The notes under the pieces were generated by a model. The model did no database searches. It saw nothing but the letters and a program-made list of their open reading frames with translations, and was not told the origin of the DNA. Shown in pieces: positions 44,717-59,700 of a DNA stretch of 64,000 nt. The DNA lies in assembly GCA_030141605.1 (NCBI GenBank), contig JAQGDQ010000176.1, positions 1-64,000 on the forward strand, given 5' to 3'. Position 1 is the first letter of the stretch. Each line of letters starts with the position of its first letter. The stretch comes from Tubiluchus corallicola. Its lineage: Eukaryota > Animalia > Priapulida. The position numbers and the translations under genes were made by a program.

Positions 44717-45514
44717 TTCCCATTTCAAAACAGCCACTCACATTGATTAGGTCCTGTGAATCCTGCATTCCAGATTGCAACTGAATTATATAAAAAATCG
44801 TTTGGCAAGCAAACTACTTCAAAAATTCAAAATGTTAGTTTATTCACGCTACCAATACATGGTAATTAATGAGACTTTTTGCAATTATTTTAGAGCCTTG
44901 AATTTTAGTTTGGGGGTAACAAATTAACTATTTTTAATCCTAATTAATGATTAATGCCTTGAAACCAAATTTTGTATGAGCAGAAAATGTGAAGAAGTTG
45001 AAACTAAGCCTGGACGGCAACCTGGCGCCATTGGGTTGCCTGTTCGATGTCGTAACCAGTAAACCACACAGCCTCTTGTGCTCAAAGGCAAGTCTTTATT
45101 CAATTCTATTAGTTCACCAGCCAATTTAACATAAAATTTCCAAGTATTTGCTCATCTAGCTGAGAGTTATTATTGAATAATTAGATTATTTTTTTTACAT
45201 TACAAGAGGCTATTATTTAAGTGTTAATTACAAAAATTCAATTGTCAAACACATAAGTTAATTAGATTTTTATCAAAATCAATTAGGTTCAGAATGGTTT
45301 TTCACTTAAGATTCCCTATAAAAAAGATAATACTTTTGCTCCCTCCTTATAGTTGCACTGTAGGCTACATTATCTTTAATTTGAAGCTGAAATCAGACTG
45401 CAGATCACAGAAATCTGTGATTTAATTTCTTACATGATTACGTTCACTCACCTTCTTTTGTGACACAGTGCTTCTGAATGTTTGATACTCTTGAGACCTG
45501 GATATTTCTCCCAT
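40590..45514 (-). CDS. SPG21: Maspardin (alpha/beta hydrolase fold); exons 45514-45452, 44373-44212, 43701-43621, 42997-42852, 42270-42162, 42054-41947, 41274-41134, 40718-40590
   Basis: [86 protein letters not shown]; all phases compatible. Confidence 0.97.
44687..44713. repeat. (AAT)n microsatellite
   Basis: Direct reading of the sequence. Confidence 0.9.
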
Positions 45515-46189
45515 TTTTAGTTATTTAAATTAACTGTAGTTCGATCCGTGCAGCACCTACAAAAATATGAATGCAGCCTACTGTTTTGAAAGTTATTTAC
45601 TACTTTCCAGTTCTAGATTTAATGTCTTTGTTTTTTATCTGGATGTCTAACAGAGATGCATGGGCCGTGAATTTGTGCATGCGAACCCAATCCACAAGAT
45701 TTTCTCGTGGACATGTGGGTCCATACAATTTGCAGGCACATTGGAGTCGTAGATACACCGTATTTCTTAATTACTGTTTGTGGATCCATCTTTAAAGCTG
45801 AAATATTAACTTTTCTGGAAACTAATTCAGGTTTTCTTCAATGCTCAAGCCAAAAACATGCATAACTAGTTACACAGTAGCCAAACTCTTCCCATGTCAC
45901 AGACAACAACCTAATCGAATTGCATCAGCATCTCAGTTTTAGGAAGATTTTCTTTTTTGTGGTGGATTATTCAGGAGGCTTTAACAAATTAATAATAAGT
46001 ATTATAATTAACAGGAACATAAAAAACGGTAAGGAAATAACAATATACCAAATGTCCATCTTAAGATCAGACATAAAAGCTCAGAAAACCATAAAATGGA
46101 TGTCCAAACCAAATCAAAAAATAACATTAACAAGACATTCAACTACACGACGTGATTCTCTACATCACCTGGCTGTACGCTGTCGTGCA

Positions 46190-46710
46190 ATGTGCAAAAA
46201 TTTTGAAATTGAAAAAAGTTTTGGCTATACAAGCACTATGGTCAAAGCAAAAATACGACCATGCTAAAAAATTAAACGGCTGCGGAGTACAGACTACGGA
46301 AAGCAAATTATAAAGTTGAAATCGATGCATTTCAAAGGCAAAATTACAGAAACATTTTGGATATTAGATGGCCAAAGAAAATTTCAAACAAATATCTATA
46401 TGAAAAAATAAAAGAAGAACGTTGGACAAAAAAATAAAAAGAGGCCGTTTAAGATGGATTGGGCATATGCTTAGACTACCTTATAATATTCCAGTGAAGA
46501 TAGCTGTTCAACAAGCCATAGAACCAGCTAAAAAACCTGCAGGATGACAAATGTTAACATATTTAGATTTTGCACAGAAAGATTAAAACGCTTCAGCATT
46601 GATCCTTAGAAATAAATGCACTTGGGGCATTGCAGCAAGCAGGGAGTCCTGGCATAGGGAGGTGAGCAGAATCATGTCCCTGGACGTATGATTCATTGGA
46701 TGATGATGAA
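46190..46710 (+). mobile_element. Decayed 3' end of an RTE-clade LINE
   Basis: EIDAFQRQNYRNILDIRWPKKISNKYLY and RLRWIGHMLRLPYNIPVKIA; ends in GATGATGATGA tail; 5' border approximate. Confidence 0.8.
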
Positions 46711-47165
46711 ATACAGTCTACTGTAACAGTTAGCGGTGAGCATCGAACGTTCGATTTGAACTAGTTTATTTAGTTTGAATTCGATTCGAATCTAAAATTA
46801 TTGATTCGAATAATTCAGCATTTATGTTCTTTATCAATAAAATGTTTGAAACAGCATGTAAATAGCCTAATTTCGTAATGTTTGCCCAGTTGCTCTTGAT
46901 ATCTCGTCAGCATCTATTTGCCGCGTATTTAAGTGTCTTTAGCGCTTCACATTCCAACACGTTCTGCAGAGTCATTTTCTTTACAACATAATTATATAAT
47001 ATTGGACTGAATTCGACCCAGGGGGTCGAACTCCAAGATGGCATGGCGGTCTTGATATTGCGCATCATGAAGTTCCATTTTATAATCGTTGTGTAGCCGA
47101 TACTTAAACTACAAATGTTAATGTTAATTAACCAAATTAATGTCTGTAAACTAGCACCTTATACC

Positions 47166-47513
47166 TGTTATAGCGTGTCATCTAACTCTCATAAAACAAA
47201 CACAAAAAACTACACTGTACAGAGTTTATTAACAGCACTAATAAAAATAAGGAACCAAAATACACGTGCACAAAAAAGTAACTAACTAATTCAGTAACAG
47301 CACTACACCCGAGGAGCACCTGTGTCAGAAATCAAGGCTGTAGTGACCTCTACACGCTTTTATACTGGCATTCCAGGTCAGCTGGCTTCTCACACCACAT
47401 GTAGGCCCAAACAAGACGTCTGTACCTACAAGAAAGGGGTGAGTCGTTGCTGACGTGGAAGCAGGGCGTGTTGAGGGCCCTACACCTGACTCGACACAGG
47501 TGCCTCCGTAACA
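47166..47513 (-). mobile_element. Putative solo LTR (348 bp)
   Basis: Minus strand starts TGTTAC, ends ATAACA; TATAAAA (47364-47358) then AATAAA (47230-47225) and a GT-rich U5-like end; flanks ATACC/ATATT match only 3/5. Confidence 0.65.
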
Positions 47514-47750
47514 ATATTATATAGTGCAGTTGAGGTTACTTTTGTTACGATTTGGGTAATTCCCTTGAACGTCTGTCATGTTTAATTTAATATGCATAAA
47601 ATCTCTCAATTGAACTTCATTACAGGTTCATACTTGTGATTTTTTGAAAGAAGTGCATGGTAACATGGTTCAAAAACTGCGAGTGGATCAAATTGTAAGC
47701 TAAAGGGAGATTTCAAAATCGCTGCTTTTGCGAAATCGGTTTTAGTTAAA

Positions 47751-50700
47751 ATGGCTGATACCGATGGTGATGGTTCTGGTACACCCTCTCCAATTCCTGA
47801 AAACGACGCCAATTACTGTGGTCCTAGGATAGTTATTATTACGAAATCTGAAACTGGCTTTGGTTTTAATGTTCGAGGTCAAGTTAGTGAAGGTGGACAG
47901 CTACGTAGTATAAATGGAGAATTGTATGCACCGTTACAGCATGTGAGTGCTGTTTTGGAAGGTGGAGCAGCTCAAAAAGCTGGTATCCGGAAAGGAGACC
48001 GAATACTCGAAGTGTAAATATTATTTTCGTTAAATTTTGATTTTAGCGACTTATATAAATAGTTTTGCTTGTTTAAATATCCGTTCTAAAATATTTACAG
48101 TCAGCGATTAAGTCATTCAACAGCTCTTCAGCTTTGTCAAGATGAACACGACCTAAATGTGCAAGAGCAATAGTTATATTATTTTTTTGCCTTTTTCCTG
48201 ATATTTATACAAGTCAATCCAATTAAATGTTATCCAATTTTCTGTCTTTTTATTCCATTTAATCCATATTCTCTATTCTCATGAATTATCATTCATTAAA
48301 CTGTATTAATATCTGCAGCTACATAGCTGCAGAACTCGCTATTTTTACTTTTTTAGTTTTCGAATTCACAAATGAAGCAGTTCATGTCTTTGACGACATC
48401 ATTGTACACCATGTAGTATGATGTAGTTGTGTAGGTGTTTTGTTATGATTATAGCAAGGTGCGATATTTATTGCTTTTGCCCAGAATTCTGTTTTGTTAA
48501 TTACGATTTAAGTCCATGAAATCTGGCTTGATGAGAAGTAACTAATGGAGTCATTTGCTATTATGTAGCAGGAACACTAGAAAAATTACTTTAGTTTTGC
48601 TTATTCACTGTTATAGGAATTGTAATGCCAGCATCTGCCATACAATAAAATAGCATTTACAGGTGATTAAAGAACTTAATTATAATAAATAATGTGCAAC
48701 TAAAGTGGACAAATTGTTTGTAAACGAATTTGAAAAATGGCTAAAAAACTGTTTATGATTTCAGACTTTACAGTGTGGTTGCAAAAGTAATTGCTGAACT
48801 GATTATGCTTATTCATTTGTTGTTACAGTAATGGCGTAAACGTAGAGGGCGCGACACACAAACAGGTTGTAGATTTAATTAAGTCAGGTGGTGACACTTT
48901 ACGGCTAACAGTTATCTCAGTATCAAGGTAAACTTGCACATATCTTAGCTGAAATTTTGAAATCAGTACATTTTAACCAACATTTAATTAAATGTTTATT
49001 ATGTGTCCTTGCAAATCAAAACTGTGCATAAGTCAGCATAGCTAAAACTAAGCAAAGTAGAAAGCACCAAAAATTTGGCCAAATGTCGATTTTTTATTTT
49101 TATGACAACAAATGCTAAGTATATTGGTGTTTTATATTATAGCATCAAATTATCAGGAAAATGCCCGAAAAATAGTAAAAATCTAATTTTATAACTCATT
49201 ACCCACTTTTCTGTCTAGAATCTAATCCTGCAATTGTAAAAAACTTGTATTTCCTAACTCCTGTTGTAGCTCATGGAAGCAGCCATTTTGCTTCGGGTTT
49301 TTTCTTTTGACAAGACCAGATCTTTGTCAGGCAGAGCCATCTACTGGATTTAAACGTAACTTCAATTTGCTCTTGCAAAGTCCATAGCAACCTAACTTTC
49401 GTATGGTTGATAAGTGTTTTGTAGAGACGCGACAAAAAACAATGGCTGACTCTAGCAGCGCTCCTCAAGATTACGGTTTTGCTGTGCAAGCACACATAGA
49501 CTCTTGCTTTGGGTTTTTTTATTTTATGGTGCATCAGAGTGGTTAATGAAAGGTTACAGCTGAATATCTTCAACATATATAAGGTCTTACCAGCTCTTTT
49601 GTATTTTATGCTTTTTTGTAAATATTTCAAAGTTTAACTAAACTCATTTATTGCTTTTATATTAAGTTTTTTTAAAAATTCTGCAACATTGGCAAAATTT
49701 TCCTTTTTTATAATAATGCTCACGTGATATTTTTGAAACTAAATTAATCTATTTAGAAAAGAGGCAGAGAAGTTGGAGCCTAGTGATGATTCGTCTGACT
49801 ACACGTACAATGACTACAGTGAAAAACGTTCATTACCAATATCTATTCCAGATTATCAACACATTGATAAACCTTTTCGGAAATATGTGGTACGTGATAT
49901 TGCATAAACCTTATGTACATTCTTTCTACTACAACACATAAATGCATACAATATAGTTTGCTCTATAGTGAAATAGTGGCCTGTAGTTACTATTGGGCAG
50001 TGATTTATTTTTCTGTGGCACCTTCAGTTCTCTGTACATGCAGTTTTAAAGCAGTTTAAAAGCCAGCTCGAAACATAAATATAGAACTCTTAGCATTTTG
50101 TGTTTTTAGCTGTTTTGCTGTGGCTTCTAGTACAGCTCTTGCTTGTTTTGCAGTTAAGAAACCACTGCATGGAATGATTAAATCCCGGTGTGTACTTGGG
50201 GACTTAGGTTGCCGGCTTGTGAATGGGTAACACATAGTAAGTCGATGAGCTTTTGTCCACCTATACAGATTCGTGGAATCGGATGCTGTTTTTGGACACT
50301 GATCGACAACTATTTGCACATGCTTTCACTGCAGCTTGTATTTTGCATTATCTGATGAATATTCTCAGCCAGTGTTACCATATTTAGTAGTTTCTATTTT
50401 GTTGGCATGCCTAAGAGTTTGATTTAGGGATTTTTAAAATGTGTGCTGAAAATCACGCAAGATTATGACAAATAAAAGTAGTTAAAAGGACAAATACTTC
50501 AAAATTCTTGATGTCACTGTCGACAGTACCGTTTACTTTAATTTGCAATGATGATGTAAATGAAAAAAACCAGGTAACTACATTGACATAATGAACACTT
50601 AAAGGTACTCTCATAAGCTTTTAAACTACTTGTAAACTATTATAATGTATTTTTTACTATTTTACTGGAATTTTTATAGTTTTAAGCTCAGAAAACTTCC

Positions 50701-53700
50701 AAAAACAGGTATTTTTTAAATAACCTCGCTTATTTAGCCACTGTAGACACTACACAGATTTAAATGAAAAGCCAGTTTAGGTCCAGTTCCATTTGCCAAA
50801 ATCCAGATGCGGTAAACATGAATCTGTCCCGTCCCTAATGCTGACATTACTATCGAATAATAATGCATCTACCATTTTACATGTAATAGTTAATTATTGA
50901 TTATAAGTCACAATACTTTGCAAGATGCTGTAGCACCTGAATGATTGTATTTAACCAACTTACCTAACAAAATGTTTCCCAGTACAGAAGCAGATCTGCA
51001 AAAGTGCAAAAAATAGCCTCAACTTTAATATTATACTAAGCTTGGAATATTTACTTAAATTTTGCAACCTCATTAAAAAATCCAAATCAAGTTGCTAGAT
51101 TATATGATGTCAGCAAAATGTGCTTAATTCTTCAGAAGACATCACATTTTCCCATTAGGGCATATTCACATGCCTTTGTTTTTTTTGCTGTGATGGTTGA
51201 TGCAGTTGATTTGGCGTCAGTAGTTTTGTTGAAGAAAGAGTTCAGCATCAGTAATCTTATTTTTCGGAACAAATTATTTTTTGTTTTCAGTGTTTGTTAG
51301 TTTTGAACTGTGTCGGTACATAAAAGGTTAATGTACTAAACATATTGCAGTGATTTATTTTCGTTCAGAATGCTAGCATTCGCCGAATATATAAATTGAC
51401 ATTTTTAACTTTTATAACGTAATGATTCAGCCGTAATAATTTATTAGCCAGCATTTATTTTGTTTGCCTTTATACGGAATTGATCAGAAATTCACTTTAT
51501 CATGATCGTCTAGCTGTTTGAGATTTGTGTGCTTTCATGTACAATGAATTATAATCATGGCATTGCAATTTCTCATGTCATTAATTTCTGGTGGTCTGTC
51601 GCCTTGACAAAAGTTCTTGAATAGTAAATTTATAAAAGTTTATTCAGGGAAAGTTATACAAGTCTGTTGTAAAATGTACGGTATAAATTCTAGTACACTG
51701 ACTGTCTGGTCAAACAAACAGTAGAATGTAAATTGGCAAAACGCTGTACCACTTTTGTTGTTGTTGTTGTTGTGATGAAAAATATCTCAGCTAGAAAATT
51801 GTGCTTCAGTTTTACTTTACACATATAGTAAAGTTTGTGTTTGTATAACTGACTATATTGTAAGTAATATTGTGTTGTGGTGCACTCATTCGGATTAGTA
51901 GTTCGCTGTTCCTTAATTGTAGGTTTTGGGATATGGACTGCTTAAATATGGTTCTGACAATTTCTGACTGTATTTGTGTACCGCAACAGAAACACAATGT
52001 CATATAAACGAAAACATCTTACTTTTCACACATTCCCTAATTTGATGGGTAATCAAACGGAATGGGATGTGCTGTATACATTTACACTGTCCAAAATTTT
52101 TTATTGAACTTTAAAATATCGATTTATATATAATGGTTGGTTTGTTTGACCACTTATTTAGTCAATGCTCACTTAATTTGATACAGTCGGACAGTATATA
52201 CGGGGTTTATTCGACGAGAGGGTCTTTGGGTTTTTTTGTGCTCCTTTATCTTCCAGGTAATACACAGCTTACCAGCTACACCAGCATTAGTGTAGTTACT
52301 TCATTTAATTTGGTGGATGTCCACTTCATCTAGCACACTGAAGGTTCAGTAGGTGTTATAGAGATTTCTTTTCTGAGAGACTTACTGCTACAAAAATTGT
52401 GAAAGTTGATAAACTGATTTTATTACCTCCTTCATTTTCTCACATGGCTCTAACCTTTTCAAAGTGTCATCTTGTTCTGCTTGCACAGTATTGATCCTTT
52501 TTCAACCTGTTGAAGCCACCTAGATCTCAAACGAGCTGTATAGCCTTGTAAATCTGTGTCTCCTTTTCATTAGCTTTTCGCACATGCTAAGCAGCTTTGG
52601 AACTTTAGCTTGAATTTCATCAATATGTAAAATTTGAATGAATGAAAGTGAAATTAGGTAAAGTTTTACCGTCGTTATTTAAACTTTTACATAATGATTT
52701 ATATAGCAAAATGGATGAATTTATTATCAATACCTTGCTCACTCTTTGTCTTTTTGGATTTTTTTCCTTAATGGATCCATATGTATGACTATATGGATCA
52801 GTTAATGTTGGTTTGATTTGCTAAGTTAGACCTCTGCCTCTTAACAGAGAAAAGAAACTGGCTGTTCTCTTAGAAAAAGAAAAAGTCTTTTAAGAAACTT
52901 TTAAGAAAAAGTCCGAATTAACAACTAACAAGTCAAATAATGTAAAATAACAAAGTAAAATACGTCTTTCATTTTAACATAAAATCCATTTGCTGTTTTT
53001 CGAAGCAGACATTCCTGTGAAGCTTTTTCTGATTTGTTGCATAATCACTTGCATGTATTCCATGTCTTATTCCTGTTGCAAGCTATAGCATATCTAACAA
53101 CATAATCCCAGTTGTGACCATCTGTATATGACAGCCACCAAGTAAACTGGATCAAACTGCTGCTAATAACACCATAGTTCTTAGTGGCACGGTTGATCAG
53201 TCTTGTTGCCTTCATATTGACTTTTGCATTATAGTGTGTCATACTTCTTCAACCAGTGAAAGGCAATTGCAAATCTAAAATCCTAAGGTTAATTACTTGT
53301 GCGATAAGTAGCAGTTAAAAGTGAAGCAGTGCATAATTTTAACAGTTTTACTAACAGTTTTTTAGTTACCATAGAAAAACTCATAGATATTGCTGACTTA
53401 GCCAATCACTGCGTATATACCCTGTATATATTTACACATTATGTATACAGGTTGCATTATATATACATTATGCAGTAATGTATGAGTATTGGAAACTGCG
53501 TAAAAATTGTATTTGGCAAGACAGTACATTAAATCGCCTAAAAATTATATTACTTTACGGCAATTTTATGCATATATCGTACTCGATTTAAAAAGATTTT
53601 TTGTTTGTTTTCATTTTAAATCTCCTGCGATATTGTTCCGACCATGCCATTACATAATGTCATTGTATGCAACAAAATAGCATGTAAGTGGCAAAAAGTT

Positions 53701-56700
53701 TCAAGACAATTTTTTAAGCTTTATGTAAGTGAAGGGTTTTCTTGTGCTTTAAGCATTTTTTTCTCTAAATTTTAACACTGCATATGGATATTGTTAATTT
53801 TTGATAATATGCATTTAAGAGTATTAAACTGGTAATGTTACAGTTTTTATATAAAATTTTGTTTTTCATCAATATCATTATAGTAAGCATTTTCTTTTAT
53901 TTCTCAGGTCTTTAACATCTATATGGCAGGCAGGCATTTATGCTCGCGGCGGTATTCCGAGTTTTCTGACCTCCATTCCGCACTCAAACGAGAGTTTGCT
54001 GATTTTAACTTTCCAAAACTGCCTGGTAAATGGCCATTCTCGTTATCGGAACAACAACTCGACACACGACGACGAGGTTTAGAACAATATTTGGAGAGAG
54101 GTAATAACTACTTTCAGTGTTTGTTAAACTGTGTAGCTGTAAACTTGTTTACTACCTTCCTTAATTTTTTTATTTTTTGTTTAAAGCATTTTAAGGTGCC
54201 ATGCATTGCGCTATCATTGAATCTGTGTCTTTGAGTATTTAATGAAGCCAGGCTATAATGTGCTTTTATGGTTTCAGTGTGTGCTGTTCGAGTGATTGCG
54301 GAAAGTCAGACCATGCAAGAGTTTTTAACTGAAATTGACAGCAGCGAGGTAAAGTGACATGCTATTGGCTTTTAGCTAAATTTTTCTCAAGTTTTTGCTT
54401 TGTATCAGGAAATGAGTGCCTTTTGGAATATGCGTACATTTTTAGGATGTTACTTTAGAACTGATGAGCAATTATGCCGAGAGCAGAGTATATTTGCGAT
54501 ATTTGTGAGATTATGACAGCAATAAATTGCGGTATTGTCTGGTTATAGCGAAGCTTATTAGTTGAGTTGACTGCAGATTGAAAGGTAGCCTGCCTTTTCC
54601 TTGTTATGTCCACCTCTGTGTTTGGACTCTGCAAACATCTGCAAATTTCTACGATTTATTTTGTACATCTTTTGTGAAAAGTACATAATCACACATAATT
54701 ATCTATTCATATATAAGTAAGAAATTCATGAAATTTAGTGAAACTGTCGCGAGTTTTGTTCCGCATTGCAGAATTACGAAATTACGATGTAGTGTGTACA
54801 GCTTCAAGTCACCTTTAACCATAAATATAATTACAGAAATTGAATTATATTTCAAAACCTCTTGAAAATGTGACAACTAATTCACCTGATGCAAATAATT
54901 TACTTTTTTCTGATACATTACTATTTTCCAATTAAAAATAAATAGATACTACTAATTTAGATCACAGTTTTAAAGTATTCGATGATACAAACTTATATCA
55001 GCTTCGTCATAATCGTATATCCCGCACGACACAGGTTTTAAAAAATTTTCGTGTTTTAGATACATGTGGTTATGTGTAAAACTATTTTCCTATTTATTTG
55101 TCAATAAGTCAAGGAATGTTTTTTCACTGCATAATGCTATTTGTCAAATAAGTTTCAATGCACAAGTAAAACTGCTTAATTTGCTGAATGTCATTATTAC
55201 ACTTTTCAAATTGTTTGTTCAATTTTATATTACATACGAAATGGACTGTAAAATTTTATTAAAATATTTCAAGAAGTTTTTTGATAACAGCTACGTCTTG
55301 AAACATTTTAATAAAATTTAATCTGAGCAAAATCCCAGCACTTACGAAATGGACAGTCATCACTAACTTGTGGACAATTAGTGCTAAATTTTTAATCGTT
55401 TATGATGAAACTCATTTAACTTAAATTGTTTACAGAATTCTACATCAGTGTCAGATGTGATAATGAAGGTGTTGCTACCAGACAAGAACTTACTCACTAT
55501 AACGATATCACGAAATAGCACTGCAGAACAAGTGTTTAACGTAAGTCTGCTATTGCCTTTCTTTTTACTACGGTTTTCTAATGTGTTGCACTTGCCATGT
55601 GTTAATGGAAACTTATCATCTCACAGTGTAAATTGCTAGTTATTGCCTTTTATAAATTGTTTCATTAATTTCCCAGTATTTCTGCCAGTTTTGTATTTTG
55701 CCTTAAATATTGGTGTCAATTATAAATGGTTTCATTAACTAATAAATTGTGCTGGTTTGGTAATTTGTCTGAATTAATACAAATGAAAATGAAACCCTCT
55801 TTACTACTTATTTCAAAATCAGAAATTAAGTTTTGTGACTAGCTATATTTTATGGGATTAGTATTTGTATGTTGTTAGCTGTTCTAGTCCTGATTTAACT
55901 TAATAGATTGGTTTTTTTGGTTTTAGTTGTTGTCATAATATACTCTAATTTATGCATGGTTCTCACTAGAGTATTACCGAGTCCATGCCACTGACATTTT
56001 TGAAACCTTCTGTATTCAGATTACAAAAAAGCTAAAAGGTCTTTTAAAGCATTTTTGTTGGGGCTTAGAAAAAGGCCTGGATACATTGTTCGTTTTTGTT
56101 GCAAAGATTGAAACATTGCCAAGTTATGTCTATGTGTTCACTAGTTCTTGCGTTGCATAGTATTTTATCATTACGCTTAATTTGACACGATTGCATATCT
56201 TTGCTTCATTGTATTTTGTTTGAGTTTATTACTACATATTTTGTTTCTTTCACTGATTTATTATTTATGTTTTTTTTTGTTTTTTGTTTGGTTTGACTTT
56301 TTTCTAGTTTTTTGTTTTAATCGGTTAGCTAAATGCTTTACATATTTTGTTAATCATCATTTCATATTTTTCATTTTATTTCTTTGTTGCATAGCTTACT
56401 TAGTTGTTTCGCTTTCATGTTTAATGTATCCCCCCGTAAATTCATGTTAACACCAGCACCACAAATTTTTTTCAATTTTCACTAACCTGAGAAGGGTAGC
56501 TGACTCGATGACCAATTGGTCTTTCGCTACCCTTTCTCCTACACCCCCCTTAACTCTTTCCTTTATGCTTAATTTATCCTTTTTAATCAATAACTAAAAA
56601 AATAATTAGTCAATTTGTATGCAGGTGTAAATGAAGAGATAAATACAAATGTCTATGTCTATGTCTTGTCTTGTCTATGCTAGTGTATGAATAACTATTC

Positions 56701-59700
56701 TATACGAATTGCAAAGACTGATTTGCGGCATTTTTCACAATCATGATGTTATCTAGATGTGTGCCATAAATGTAGTTGTATAAAAACTCTTTTAAGTTGT
56801 TTGGTCAGGCTTTTACACTCAGCATACAAGCAACAAAACCAATAGCTGTAAAAGGGAATGGTGTTCGTTAAATTTTATTAGTAAACTCGTCTTGGAGAAT
56901 TCTGTTTGATAATGAGCTAACCAACAGTTTTGTCAATATAATATTAGTAGGTCCTACTCAGGACTACTGCATACCAGCTTGGAGGATATTGAGCTGTATA
57001 AAAAGCAAGGTTAGTTTATTATCTGTGAATTAACGCAAATACTGCCGTCTGTTTGCGCATCGTAAAAATTACAGCCGCTGTCTAGCAGATGAGTAAGACA
57101 AAAATCAATACGACACTAAAGCTGGCAGAGTGTGGTCGAGATTGCTAGTCTGGTAAGGTTCATGTAAGTGACCAAACTGATCTGAATAGGCACACACTAG
57201 TAGTAGCGTTTTAATTCAAACTTGTTAGCTGATATTTTGGTTGTCTTTATTGATTATGTGCTTGACGTCACATTGTTTGTTGATAGGTTTCTTATAAATT
57301 ACTAAATATCATGCGTGCATTGTTTCATTGTGATCTACAACACTGTGGTTTTACTGTCTGATGTGCCCGTTTCACAGAGAGAACTGGATGAAAATAACAC
57401 ACGAAATTGCTCTCACAAAATAAAAAAATTTCAAAAAAAATTTCTTTGCGATAACCCATCCCATGTAGCAAGAATGTTTTGCATTTCACAAGTGCATTTT
57501 TTTACGCATATCCAGTCCTACGTCCTATTCAATGCCTTTACAGTTGCAATTTATATAAATTATAGTTATGATCTCAAAAAATAAAAAAAACAGGTCTGAT
57601 ATTACTTTAACTAACATTATTAAATGTACTTTGTTTGTGATGACTGCCGTAACTGTAACTTAATTTAGACATGATCATATTAATATCAAATTACAAAGCG
57701 TCCTTTTTCTTACTACGATAGAGCACTTCAGAAGATAAAAATAGTTCATGAAGTCATTCCGGATGGCATTAACAATACAAGCACTAACGCCGACATAGCC
57801 GCAGTGTTTTGAAAGAAGTCATTTTTAGCAGCACTAGAAGCAAAACATTGTATACCTACTTTAATTTCTGGTAAAATTGTCAAAATAAATTGTAAATGTT
57901 GATATAAATAGGAGTTCAGAATTAGTTTTATTGTTATCATCAAGCAATTGAATTCTCATAGCATTCAATTTATTTTTATTCTTTATTTATTTGTAGTTAC
58001 CAAATTTATTTACATGCACAGTAAGTCATAAGTCCTTGTTTAGCGAAATGGTTCATTTTAAGGACATTTTTTTATTTTGCTCAAAGCAGTGTTATTTTAA
58101 CAACATTTTTTACCTAATTTGAACACAACACTATTCTGTTCCAAGAAAATGTGTGGTAATATAAAATTGGAATATTTGTGCTGTTGCTTCTAAATGTTAA
58201 AGATTATGTCTCTGTGCTAAATGATGGTTATAACCACCTGAGTGCAAACTATACTCAAAGCAATTCTACCTAAAACCTGCTAGTATAGCAACTGGTGTCT
58301 AGAAGAAAGTTTCCAACAGTGTATTACTGATTTTGCCCTTGGAACATGTCAGTGCTTTTGTACATAATTACGTATGGACACGTTATACCTTCGATTAACG
58401 CCGATTTGCTTAACATTGTATTTTGCTAAAACTCATTACTCTCGTCTTGTATGGACTTACTGCATATATTTCCACAGCAAACACAAATTATACTAGTGTA
58501 TTACATTGTGATCTAACAGTTAATAATGCAGCATGCAAAAACCCAAATGTACAATATTTGTTTGCCCGTTTTTGTTATTTATTTTGGTTTACAAAGAAAT
58601 ATTGCAGCATCGCCATTCACGTGATAATTTATTACACTGCACTATTACTGTTAATTACACAGCATTTTATACATTATTTTAAGAATCATTTTAAAAATAG
58701 TGCCATTTGAAAACAATTTTTTAGCATTTCTTCTATACTAACTTGTGCAGTTCCTTTTTATAATATGAGAATCTAATTACTTCTTAATGCGCAACCACAT
58801 TTTCCAAGTAAGTGCAGATGATCAATATTACCAGTTAGAAAACTGAAGTGCCTGCAGTACATTTATAGGAATAATTTGCAATTGAGCATCATTTGCACCT
58901 ACATGCTGTGAATTTATTAATTCATTGAAATTTTATGCCTAGAGAGTATTATAAAAAACTAACAATTCTTATTCTTCTATTTCTAAAAAGAGAATTGAAC
59001 TGGTACATGTGACCAAAGGCTGCAAAATAACGTTGTTGTTCTATGCTGTATTGTCATGATAAGCAAAAATGTACCATGCACCTACATAATTGAAGCACAT
59101 ATTTGTGTGACCGAAGTACGTTATCTATTTTTCTTTCTAAGAAATGAAAAATTTCGTATGTTTTTTGAATTTCACATTTTGTCACTGTAAAATTATCGAA
59201 AATATTGTGACGAGTTCTTCAACTATTACCAACTTGCATGTAAAATTACCCTACTTCTAGATTTTGTGCAAAAAATGTGGCATACAAAGTTTTTTTAAAT
59301 GGCCCCTGGTATTTTTGTATGTTGAAGCTATTTTGGTGAATGGTTATACTGTTCCTTTTTAAGTTATGTCATATACACGAACTCAGTTTGGGGAGCCAAG
59401 TTTGTAATTTATCCTCCTGCTGTGCAAATTGGCAGGAAAATATCGTTCTTTATATGGTGAAACAGCAGTAGTGCTTCAATTACAAGTAAACTGATCCGTG
59501 CACATTAATCTATATGTTTTATGGTTTTCTTTGCAGTTAGTTACCAATAAGCTCGGCATGTCTTCAGAAACAGCTGACTACTTTGCCTTGTTTGAAATCA
59601 TAGACTACAATTTTGGTAAGTAACGATCGTTATTTGCAACAAAAGAGTTAATGACTGAGTAGTTTTTGCGGTGTATGCTTTGTGAGTTTTACCTAGCTTT

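Noticed and set aside
54461-54490. CTGATGAGC...GCCGAGA hammerhead-like string
   Set aside because: Lacks the GAAA core and flanking stems
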